From the NCBI GenBank assembly GCA_937926145.1, contig CALANW010000118.1, forward strand, positions 18,338 to 82,337: a stretch of DNA of 64,000 bases, given 5' to 3'. The notes below the pieces were generated by a model. The model saw nothing but the letters and a program-made list of their open reading frames with translations, searched no databases and had not been told where the DNA came from. How positions within the stretch are numbered: position 1 is the stretch's first letter; each line of letters starts with the position of its first letter. Positions 19,861-26,993 of the stretch are shown here, one piece after another. The DNA comes from an uncultured Ruminococcus sp. (lineage in GTDB: Bacteria; Bacillota; Clostridia; Oscillospirales; Ruminococcaceae). Made by a program: the position numbers and the translations under genes.

Positions 19861-21274
19861 AAGTATCTTGAACCTCAAAACGGCGATATGGATGTACTTG
19901 GTCATCTTTATAACGGGTATTTTTGTACTGCTGTGGTTCACGTTCGGCGTGTCGCTCGAAGCGAACTACAAGAGCAAAAAGACCAAGGACATCGTTTCTA
20001 TCGCTTCGTATATTCTCAAGGGCTGGAACGAGGACGGACTGACTACCGAAAATCTCGACAATACGGCATACAATAATAATATGTGCATCCTTATTCAGGA
20101 CGCCGACGGCTACACGGTATATTCCTACGATATGATGGCGAACAACTGCCTTATCCACGGCGTTTACAGCCTGAACCTTTTCAAATACCGAAATCAGGCT
20201 CTTGCGAGCAGCAACGGCTATTATTACGCCGAGGTCAACAACCCGCGCTTCAACACGAACACACTGCTTTTCGTTATGGTCATAGGCTCGGTCGATGACC
20301 CCGAGGGCTATATTTACCTCAACACCTCTCTCGCACCGCTCAAATCGACCGCTGATATTATCAAGCGGCAGATATATTGGATAGGTATTATCCTGCTTCT
20401 GCTCGGACTTATCATTGCGTATTTCCTCGCGTCCGTTATCGAAGCGCCTATCGTCCGCATTACAAAAACCGCGAAGAAAATGGGCGAGGGAAACTACAAC
20501 GTTGTCTTTGACGGACACGGATATGAGGAAACGGAAATTCTCGCCGATACTCTGAACAGTGCGGAGGAAGAAATCTCAAAGGTCGATACTCTCCGCCGTG
20601 ACCTTATCGCGAACGTTTCGCACGATCTGAGAACGCCGCTCACAATGGTCAAAGCCTACGCCGAGATGATACGCGATATTTCGGGCGATAATCCGCAGAA
20701 GCGCGCTGAACATCTGAACGTTATCATCGAAGAGAGTGACCGACTTGCAAAGCTCGTCAATGATATCCTTGACCTTTCCAAACTTGAAAGCGGCAACTTT
20801 GAGATAACCGAAACGGAATTCTGCATCACCGACACGATACGAAGCATAATGGAGCGCTATACCCTGCTTTCCGAGCAGAAAGGCTACACCTTTATCGTTT
20901 CTGCCGAGCAGAATTTCATCGTCAAAGCCGATGCTGTTAAAATTCAGCAGGTAATTTACAACCTTATCAACAACGCCGTCAACTACACGGGCGAGGACAA
21001 GACCGTTTATATCACGCAGATAGTCAAGAAGAAAAAACTCGTCCGAATCGAGATAACCGACACGGGCGCAGGCATCGACCCCGAGCTGATACCGCTCATC
21101 TTCGACCGCTACTACCGCACGGAAAAGAGCAAGCGTGAGGTCATCGGCACGGGACTTGGACTTTCCATAGTAAAGCAGATACTCCAGCGCCACAACTATG
21201 AATTCGGCGTTCGTTCCGAAAAAGGTGTCGGAAGCACATTCTGGTTCGAGATGCCGGGACATCTTGAAGAATAA
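19847..21274 (+). CDS. sensor histidine kinase (HAMP-HisKA-HATPase)
   Basis: 475 aa with H-box SHDLRTPL, N-box NLINNAVNYT and G-boxes DTGAGI and GTGLGLSIV. The TTG start overlaps the regulator stop, so the start is uncertain. Confidence 0.9.
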   Translation: MKQHKSILNLKTAIWMYLVIFITGIFVLLWFTFGVSLEANYKSKKTKDIVSIASYILKGWNEDGLTTENLDNTAYNNNMCILIQDADGYTVYSYDMMANNCLIHGVYSLNLFKYRNQALASSNGYYYAEVNNPRFNTNTLLFVMVIGSVDDPEGYIYLNTSLAPLKSTADIIKRQIYWIGIILLLLGLIIAYFLASVIEAPIVRITKTAKKMGEGNYNVVFDGHGYEETEILADTLNSAEEEISKVDTLRRDLIANVSHDLRTPLTMVKAYAEMIRDISGDNPQKRAEHLNVIIEESDRLAKLVNDILDLSKLESGNFEITETEFCITDTIRSIMERYTLLSEQKGYTFIVSAEQNFIVKADAVKIQQVIYNLINNAVNYTGEDKTVYITQIVKKKKLVRIEITDTGAGIDPELIPLIFDRYYRTEKSKREVIGTGLGLSIVKQILQRHNYEFGVRSEKGVGSTFWFEMPGHLEE

Positions 21275-21384
21275 TGCGTAATTCGTAATGCTTAATGCGT
21301 AATTATTTTGTTCCGCAGGTTTACGGTGAGAACCCTATCTTCATAGGGACGGGTTTATATTCGACTGTTTTCCAACAAAAACTC

Positions 21385-21413
21385 TTGACATATCAGTTTA
21401 AAAGTCTTATAAT
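21385..21413 (+). promoter_or_regulatory. consensus promoter of candidate antitoxin sRNA, copy 1
   Basis: TTGACA (21385-21390), 17-nt spacer, TATAAT (21408-21413). Confidence 0.7.
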
Positions 21414-21419
21414 ATAAAT

Positions 21420-21512
21420 ACAAAGAGGGCACACCGATAGACGGTCACTCCCAATATTTAGGTTAAGAAATAACCGTCCAAGTTTGGTCGCTCTGGGCGG
21501 TTATTTCTTTTT
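21420..21512 (+). ncRNA. candidate antisense (antitoxin) sRNA, copy 1 (ends approximate)
   Basis: No ORF. It ends in the hairpin GAAAUAACCGUCC...GGGCGGUUAUUUC (21467-21507) plus U5. The 3' end overlaps the last four codons and the 3' UTR of the convergent peptide gene. Confidence 0.55.
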
Positions 21513-21590
21513 ATTGTTGCAGCAATTCAACACTATCTGTATGATATTGCATATAAGTATTCCTAAAGATACAACTTCTGTGATACTCAT
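21501..21590 (-). CDS. 29-aa hydrophobic peptide, candidate type I toxin, copy 1
   Basis: Own translation: MSITEVVSLGILICNIIQIVLNCCNNKKK. The GGGGG SD lies 9 nt upstream. The peptide has one TM-like segment and a Lys tail. Confidence 0.6.
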   Translation of the reverse strand: MSITEVVSLGILICNIIQIVLNCCNNKKK

Positions 21591-21657
21591 ATCGCAACGC
21601 CCCCTTTCAGGGAGCAAAGATTGACCGCCTACCGTTTCTGGTATGCCCATAGATTCT

Positions 21658-21686
21658 ATTTTATCTTTTATGTTGAAATTTGTCAA
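21658..21686 (-). promoter_or_regulatory. promoter of peptide gene, copy 1
   Basis: Minus strand reads TTGACA (21686-21681), 17-nt spacer, TAAAAT (21663-21658). Confidence 0.6.
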
Positions 21687-21775
21687 TTATTTGAAATAAA
21701 TACACTTTTTTGTTGTTTTAAGCATCGACAGTTTACAATTGATAATTTTGTCGGAAACAAAATCAAAAACAGCTC

Positions 21776-21804
21776 TTGACATATCATTTTAAAAGCATTA
21801 TAAT
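21776..21804 (+). promoter_or_regulatory. consensus promoter of candidate antitoxin sRNA, copy 2
   Basis: TTGACA (21776-21781), 17-nt spacer, TATAAT (21799-21804). Confidence 0.7.
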
Positions 21805-21810
21805 ATAAAT

Positions 21811-21902
21811 ACAAAGAGGGCATACTGATAGACGGTCGCTCCCAAAATTAGCGAAAAAAAGTAATCGCTCCGGTTTGGTCGCTCGGGCGGTTACTTCTTT
21901 TT
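21811..21902 (+). ncRNA. candidate antisense (antitoxin) sRNA, copy 2 (ends approximate)
   Basis: Same architecture as copy 1, with a terminator hairpin at 21858-21897 plus U5. Confidence 0.55.
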
Positions 21903-21980
21903 ATTGTTGCAGCAATTCAATACTATCTGTATGATATTGCATATAAGTATTCCTAAAGATACAACTTCTGTGATACTCAT
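21891..21980 (-). CDS. 29-aa hydrophobic peptide, candidate type I toxin, copy 2
   Basis: Own translation gives a peptide identical to copy 1. Only 2 of 90 nt differ and both changes are synonymous. Not in the ORF track because it is under 60 aa. Confidence 0.6.
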   Translation of the reverse strand: MSITEVVSLGILICNIIQIVLNCCNNKKK

Positions 21981-22046
21981 ATCGCAACGCCCCCTTTCAG
22001 GGAGCAAAGATTGACCGCCTACCGTTCAGGTATGCCCATAAACCTT

Positions 22047-22075
22047 ATTTTATCATTTAAATAGTATTTTGTCAA
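22047..22075 (-). promoter_or_regulatory. promoter of peptide gene, copy 2
   Basis: Minus strand reads TTGACA (22075-22070), 17-nt spacer, TAAAAT (22052-22047). Confidence 0.6.
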
Positions 22076-22139
22076 TTATTTGAAATAAATACACTTTCTT
22101 GTTGTTCTTATAGTAAAAATAAAATCTGCACATTAAATC

Positions 22140-22183
22140 AACAGACCTGTTTTCGAGGATTTTTCCTTGAAAACAGGTCTGTT
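22140..22183. terminator. long perfect hairpin (15-bp stem), member of a repeated terminator family
   Basis: AACAGACCTGTTTTC-loop-GAAAACAGGTCTGTT. Near-identical stems occur at 42234-42277 and 48030-48072. Confidence 0.65.
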
Positions 22184-22379
22184 CGTTTATTTCATAACAC
22201 ATTGCGGCGCAGGATGGGCAACCGTCCATTGTAGTTTCGTGGGTCGCTAACGGGCGGATATGGAATCCGCCCCTACGGAATTCAGCCTTTCGTAAAATAT
22301 GCGGAGCAAGAATAATTGCGCATTACGAATTACGCATTGAATTAATTCCGCATTCCGAATTCCGAATTTAAACCAAGTA

Positions 22380-22943
22380 TTATCCTACCGCATTTATACT
22401 CATAGTATAAACCGCTTCATCATTATCCATATCATCGATAGCCGCGTGGTAGTTGTATATCCGCGCAAGTGCGTTCCATGTCGCGTGATTGAGATCACCC
22501 GTTACGGGCAGACCCGATATCGCTTGGATTCGGCGTATCTCCTCGGCGGTTTCGCTGTCATAGATCCCGTTTATCGCCGCACCTTTAAGATTGTCGTAAA
22601 ACTGCGCGATAGTGTTTAGCATCACCTGAATGATATAAACGGGATAGCCTGCCGAGCCTGTCGTTAGTGGAGTTTCGCTGACCGCGCGCGGATTTATGCT
22701 TTCAAGCTCGGCGAAGAACAGTGCCGCTTCTTTATACAGCTTATAAAGTTCGTCCCATGTCCTCGGATCGATCTCCCCCGTTTCGGGCAGACCTCTCTCA
22801 CGCTGAAATGCCGCAACTGCGTCCCTTGTGTCATCACTGTAAGTTCCGTCTGCGACAGTCATAGGGATATTGGGGTTGTATTTCGATATCGTCCGAAGAT
22901 AACGCTGTGCCTCACGAACGTCCGAAGCTTTGTTTTCTGCCAT
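22380..22943 (-). CDS. peptidoglycan-binding domain protein (two PG_binding_1-type repeats)
   Basis: 187 aa with two copies of the pattern DG.Y...T..AV..FQ...GLP.TG..D..TW..L. Confidence 0.75.
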   Translation of the reverse strand: MAENKASDVREAQRYLRTISKYNPNIPMTVADGTYSDDTRDAVAAFQRERGLPETGEIDPRTWDELYKLYKEAALFFAELESINPRAVSETPLTTGSAGYPVYIIQVMLNTIAQFYDNLKGAAINGIYDSETAEEIRRIQAISGLPVTGDLNHATWNALARIYNYHAAIDDMDNDEAVYTMSINAVG

Positions 22944-22979
22944 TTGATTACCCTCCGTATTATATCTGATAAATGTACA

Positions 22980-24380
22980 TTATGAAATAGTGTAACCCGG
23001 GTTCTGCCCTGCCTGCTTTACATAGCCGAATCGATGCTCGCTGTATATCTCGGAGATCTTGTTCCAGGTATCAGCACCGACAGCGCCGTTCTGCGGAAGT
23101 CCGAAGATGCGCTGGAACTCGGTCACGCCCTGCTTCGTCAGCGGCCCGTAGAAGCCTGTCGGCTGAATTTCGGGTATTGTCGGATAGAACCGATGCAGAT
23201 AGTTCAGATACTCCTGCAAAATCCGTATATAAGGATTTGTCATACCCTCGTTCAGGATAATTCCGGGGAAAAGCACGGGGTTTTCGCTGTTTTCATTGAG
23301 CGGAACGTTCTCAACAATGCCGAGGTAAGCGTCCTCGAGCAAATTCCACGTTTCACGGTCAACAACGCCCGTCTGCGGCAGACCGAAGACCTGCTGGAAT
23401 GAGCGGACGGAATTCTCGGTCGCAGTGTCAAAAGTTCCCGTTATCGTGACGGGCAGGACATTATTATAGTACGCCCCGACGACTTCGAGATAATACTGCA
23501 GATAGCGCACAGCCATTCCGCTCTCGCCGAATGAAAGCCTTTCGGGGAAAACGACCGCCGTTTCTTCGAGAGTAAGTCCCTCGGACGCAAGCTGGGAGAG
23601 CTTTTTCACGCTCGTATAAATATAGTGTATCCGATACCATGTCGCCTTATCGACAACTCCCGTCTGCGGAAGATTGAAGATCTTCTGAAAAGCTCGCACA
23701 GCCTCTTCCGTTGCACTGTCATAAACTGTCCCCTCAGTCGGGATTTTCGGTATCGCAGGATAATTCCGTGAAATTCGGTTGAGCTCACGGCGAATTCGGA
23801 CAACATCATTTCCGCCGTCGCCAAGACTTAGCGGCTCGCCGGGATAGGACGGCGCATTCGTCCTTACGTCTGTATTGGTCACAATGTCAATATCATCTCC
23901 ATAAAAGCGTGTCAGAATATCATACGGTCCAAGACCCTCACGAGCGAGGGCAACTGTCCCCCACTGGGTCAGACCTCCGCAGTCGGCAACATCTCTTCCG
24001 TCACAATAGACCGCAAAAAGCGGTTCAACTCTCCCTTGGCGAACGATATATTCGTTGAAAATTTCGTCAACTATCTGAGCTATCGGCTCGTAAATATCTC
24101 TGTCCTTGAAGAAAGACTGGTCGAACTGAATGGAGTTCGTTATATCGAAGTCATAGCCCTGCGAGGGATACCATTCGGTAAAAATGCGGTTGAGCGTGAA
24201 TGAGATTATCGCGTAAATATTTGCGCGAAGTGCGGCTTCGGGCCAAGTCGGATAAAGCTCGCTCGATGCGACATTTTTTATATAGTCGGGAAAGCTCACG
24301 GTCACATTCTCCGCAGAAGCGTCATTCGGTCTGCCGAGGTGGACTGTGACAGTTTCGGGAATAAACGGTTCAGGCATCAT
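22980..24380 (-). CDS. SleC-like spore cortex-lytic enzyme core with three C-terminal peptidoglycan-binding repeats
   Basis: Start at MMPEPF after GGCGGTGGA. The N-terminal block VTVHLGRP...FPDYIKNVASSELYPTWPEAALRANIYAIISFTLNRIFTEWY resembles the clostridial SleC core (recalled from memory). Three PG_binding_1-type repeats are visible. Confidence 0.65.
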   Translation of the reverse strand: MMPEPFIPETVTVHLGRPNDASAENVTVSFPDYIKNVASSELYPTWPEAALRANIYAIISFTLNRIFTEWYPSQGYDFDITNSIQFDQSFFKDRDIYEPIAQIVDEIFNEYIVRQGRVEPLFAVYCDGRDVADCGGLTQWGTVALAREGLGPYDILTRFYGDDIDIVTNTDVRTNAPSYPGEPLSLGDGGNDVVRIRRELNRISRNYPAIPKIPTEGTVYDSATEEAVRAFQKIFNLPQTGVVDKATWYRIHYIYTSVKKLSQLASEGLTLEETAVVFPERLSFGESGMAVRYLQYYLEVVGAYYNNVLPVTITGTFDTATENSVRSFQQVFGLPQTGVVDRETWNLLEDAYLGIVENVPLNENSENPVLFPGIILNEGMTNPYIRILQEYLNYLHRFYPTIPEIQPTGFYGPLTKQGVTEFQRIFGLPQNGAVGADTWNKISEIYSEHRFGYVKQAGQNPGYTIS

Positions 24381-24391
24381 TCCACCGCCTT

Positions 24392-25390
24392 TCAACCAAG
24401 CATGGATCTGCCATCATCGCTCGATCTTGGGATAAGCGCGATAGGCTGTATCGACTTCACGCCCGAAAAAACGGGGACTTCCATATCATTTTCGGCGTAA
24501 AAGCCGTCAGCATAGGCACTTATATAATAATCGGCGAAAGGCTTCTCGGTCGGGTCGGGCGTTTCGGAAAACGAAACGTTCGGCGCAGGCAAAGCCACCG
24601 TTTCGGTCGAGCCGCTCTCGTCCGAGATAAGCATTTTCAGCAGGTAAGTTTTGCCGTTTTCCTTTTTCGTGATAAGAACGACTGCATTTTCGATTGGAAC
24701 AGCACCGCTGCCCGTTGTGACCTCTGCCTTTATGTAGCCGATGCCGTCTTCATCGGACGTTTCGTCCTCACCTCCGCTGTATCTCGGTTCAAGAGGGTCG
24801 GAAAGGTCGGAGAACTCCTCGGAGTTATAGTTTCCCTGAAAATTTTCGGGTTCGGAAGTCATAATATCACGGGGCGAAGTCATTTCGGGACGAAACTCCC
24901 CTGCCGACGGCTCATTCCGCCCCCCGTCCGAACCGTTATTGCCCGACATAACTTCATTCACGAACCTGTTTTCCATTGACGCCTCGAATTCCTCGCGCAT
25001 TATATCCTCGGGCGAGGGAAATTTTGAGTTGGTCTTTGGCATCTCCTGCATTTGCGGCGTTTTCGGCTTCGATTTTACGCTGTCAGCATTTTCCGACATC
25101 AATGATGCTGACGTTGGAACTGCTTTGGGGATAATGCTGCGCTCATTTTTGGCAGAAAAAAACTCTGCAGCTGCTTTCGGCTTTATCGGCTGAACATTTT
25201 GTGCAGATTGTGCAGGCTGAACCGACTTTGGCGGCACTGAACTTTGCACGGAATGCACAGGCTGAACATTTCTCGGCGGAGATATCGTTTCAGCCGCTCC
25301 CCCACCCGTTTTACTGCTCTGTTTGTACATTCGCAGCATTTCTTCCTTATATTTTCGTGCCATTGCTTCGATTTGAGCTTTGCTGTCCAT
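24392..25390 (-). CDS. low-complexity protein ending in a carboxypeptidase-regulatory-like beta-sandwich (resembles the SleC N-terminal pro-region)
   Basis: 332 aa with a Q/P/S/V-rich repeat region (VQP..SVQ). The C-terminus reads GYIKAEVTTGSGAVPIENAVVLIT...ALPAPNVSF...YYISAYADGFY. Its stop lies just upstream of the next gene's start. Confidence 0.5.
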   Translation of the reverse strand: MDSKAQIEAMARKYKEEMLRMYKQSSKTGGGAAETISPPRNVQPVHSVQSSVPPKSVQPAQSAQNVQPIKPKAAAEFFSAKNERSIIPKAVPTSASLMSENADSVKSKPKTPQMQEMPKTNSKFPSPEDIMREEFEASMENRFVNEVMSGNNGSDGGRNEPSAGEFRPEMTSPRDIMTSEPENFQGNYNSEEFSDLSDPLEPRYSGGEDETSDEDGIGYIKAEVTTGSGAVPIENAVVLITKKENGKTYLLKMLISDESGSTETVALPAPNVSFSETPDPTEKPFADYYISAYADGFYAENDMEVPVFSGVKSIQPIALIPRSSDDGRSMLG

Positions 25391-25442
25391 TTTTATCCTC
25401 CTTGAAGTATTATTTTTCCTTTAATTCTATTCATTTGAGGAT

Positions 25443-25475
25443 AAAAAAATACCTCGGAGCTTTCGTCCGAGGTAT
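25443..25475 (-). terminator. rho-independent terminator after pilA paralogue 2
   Basis: Minus strand reads AUACCUCGGACGAAAGCUCCGAGGUAU followed by U7. Confidence 0.8.
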
Positions 25476-25491
25476 AGAAGATCCAATCGCA

Positions 25492-25974
25492 TTATGGCGC
25501 AAGCGGGTGACATCCGAGGGGAACAGAGCCGTTCGTGAAGCGCGCATTTACATCATTATATGAATACATTCCCGTGAAGTCAGATGCAGAAAGCGGCTGA
25601 TCGCTCCATAATGCGTATGAAGCGCCCGTTCCTGCTGTATCTGTCACGAACCCAAAATAGCCTCTGAAATTTTCACCTACATAATCTGTGATATCGCAGA
25701 CATCGCCGCTTGTCTGTCCCACACATTCAGCGTCCCCGTCGGCAGAATTAAGAAAAAGCTCACCTGCATTGAAAAACTGCCCTGCATTATAGTTATCCGT
25801 GATAGCAAGCTGTGCTCCTGAAAAGACAGTCTTGGCATTTGCATTGAATTGTGATATTCTCGATTTTTTCACATATCCAAGCATTGATGGCACGAGTATT
25901 GCTGCCAGTATACCAATTATCGCAATTACTACGATCAGTTCAATCAATGTAAAACCCTTTGTTTTTCCCCTCAT
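25492..25974 (-). CDS. type IV pilin (paralogue 2), prepilin-type N-terminal methylation domain
   Basis: Start at MRGKTKG/FTLIELIVVIAIIGILAAILVPSMLGYV, with a class III signal (G|FTLIE). Confidence 0.85.
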   Translation of the reverse strand: MRGKTKGFTLIELIVVIAIIGILAAILVPSMLGYVKKSRISQFNANAKTVFSGAQLAITDNYNAGQFFNAGELFLNSADGDAECVGQTSGDVCDITDYVGENFRGYFGFVTDTAGTGASYALWSDQPLSASDFTGMYSYNDVNARFTNGSVPLGCHPLAP

Positions 25975-26036
25975 AGCATTGTCCCCTTCCAAATGTAAAA
26001 TAATCATATATATTTAACTGAAATTATTATACTTTC

Positions 26037-26065
26037 ATAATATAACAATTTCTATATTTTGTCAA
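26037..26065 (-). promoter_or_regulatory. promoter of pilin paralogue 2
   Basis: Minus strand reads TTGACA (26065-26060), 17-nt spacer, TATTAT (26042-26037). Confidence 0.55.
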
Positions 26066-26098
26066 CAGCAAAGCAAATTTGTAATCAAATTGTAATAT

Positions 26099-26911
26099 TC
26101 ATTCTTTCCAAATCTCCCAATATCTCAGAATTTCGGGAGAAAACTCATCAAATGCCCACGTTCTTGCACTTTTTTCGGGATTTGCAGGGTCATTGATGAT
26201 GAATCCTGTTTTATCATAGCCGCGGATTACAAATGCGTGGCTTCCGAACGTATCACCTTTCACGTTCACAATAAGCGGTCTGCCTTTATCAAGAATATCT
26301 TTCATTTGCTTTTCATCGGGTTTGCCGTTTCCGCCCTCATCGGGGTCAAAGTTGTAGCTGTTGTATTTCAGACCGACAGCCTCGCAAATGTTTCCAATCT
26401 CGCTGTTCCTTACACCGCCCATAAAACCGCTCGCGCCTAAGTCTTCCGCTACCCTCGAAACCCTCACGGGATCATAATAGCCGTCACCTGTCAAACCGAC
26501 ATCTACCATTGAAATGCTTACAACTGCGCAGCCGCCCGAAAAGATATATCTACCTCCGATCGTTTCATACGCCCAACGGTAATCATCCATATAAAAATTC
26601 GGAATAGTTCCGCTATCGAGCTCTTCCTCGGTGAACGACATCGTTTTATAATCGTCCTTATGCTCAACATAATTATAAACCATATCAATAAATTCATCGT
26701 TCATATAGTAATAGTCGAGCAATGCCCTGGGGTATTCGTCAACGTGTTCAAGAATATATGCCGATCGTTCGTCCGTTTCGGCATTTTCCGCAAGCTTTCC
26801 ATACTGTTCGTGCAGCTTTTGTTTTTTTTCAACCGGTATGAGCAGGAGCAGCACTGCGACAACTGCAAGAATTACCACTATTATTATCATAACCTTCGTT
26901 TTTGTTTTCAT
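26099..26911 (-). CDS. membrane-anchored papain-fold (C39-like) cysteine peptidase
   Basis: 270 aa with an N-terminal TM anchor. Candidate catalytic residues are Cys in SGGCAVVSISM and His/Asp in GSHAFVIRGYD...IINDP. Confidence 0.5.
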   Translation of the reverse strand: MKTKTKVMIIIVVILAVVAVLLLLIPVEKKQKLHEQYGKLAENAETDERSAYILEHVDEYPRALLDYYYMNDEFIDMVYNYVEHKDDYKTMSFTEEELDSGTIPNFYMDDYRWAYETIGGRYIFSGGCAVVSISMVDVGLTGDGYYDPVRVSRVAEDLGASGFMGGVRNSEIGNICEAVGLKYNSYNFDPDEGGNGKPDEKQMKDILDKGRPLIVNVKGDTFGSHAFVIRGYDKTGFIINDPANPEKSARTWAFDEFSPEILRYWEIWKE

Positions 26912-26933
26912 ATTGTCCTCACAAATGACTTTA

Positions 26934-26966
26934 TAAAAAAACAGCAGCAGAAAGGTCTGCTGCTGT
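26934..26966 (-). terminator. strong rho-independent terminator after the major pilin gene
   Basis: Minus strand reads ACAGCAGCAGACCUUUCUGCUGCUGU followed by U7. Confidence 0.85.
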
Positions 26967-26993
26967 CATTTTCAATTAGTCGCTCAAAGTCGA

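Larger units (their letters stand above)
21272..22369. repeat. mosaic intergenic repeat locus A (heptamer arrays flanking the toxin-antitoxin units)
   Basis: Left array (TAATKCG)x5 at 21272-21306 begins with the kinase stop TAA. The right composite array of ATTNCGM units is at 22315-22369. A GTAG-headed palindrome is at 22252-22276 (minus) and a central hairpin at 22140-22183. Confidence 0.8.

Noticed and set aside
19093-19941. 282-aa minus-strand ORF antisense to the response regulator.
   Set aside because: It is a shadow ORF opposite a canonical OmpR-type gene and has no motifs or RBS. The same reasoning applies to 19817-20518 and 20576-21262, which lie opposite the kinase.
21272-21306. 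Possibility that the short tandem arrays are CRISPR arrays or coding microsatellites.
   Set aside because: The units are 7 bp with no spacers, and there are only 3-7 units per array. They lie outside ORFs apart from the terminal stop triplet. There are no cas genes in the window.
21501-21686. 61-aa version (TTG start) of the small ORF in TA copy 1, as listed in the ORF track.
   Set aside because: The N-terminal 32 codons are not conserved in copy 2, where the sequence diverges and the frame is not maintained. They also overlap the predicted promoter and 5' UTR. The ATG preceded by GGGGG, which gives 29 aa, is conserved in both copies.
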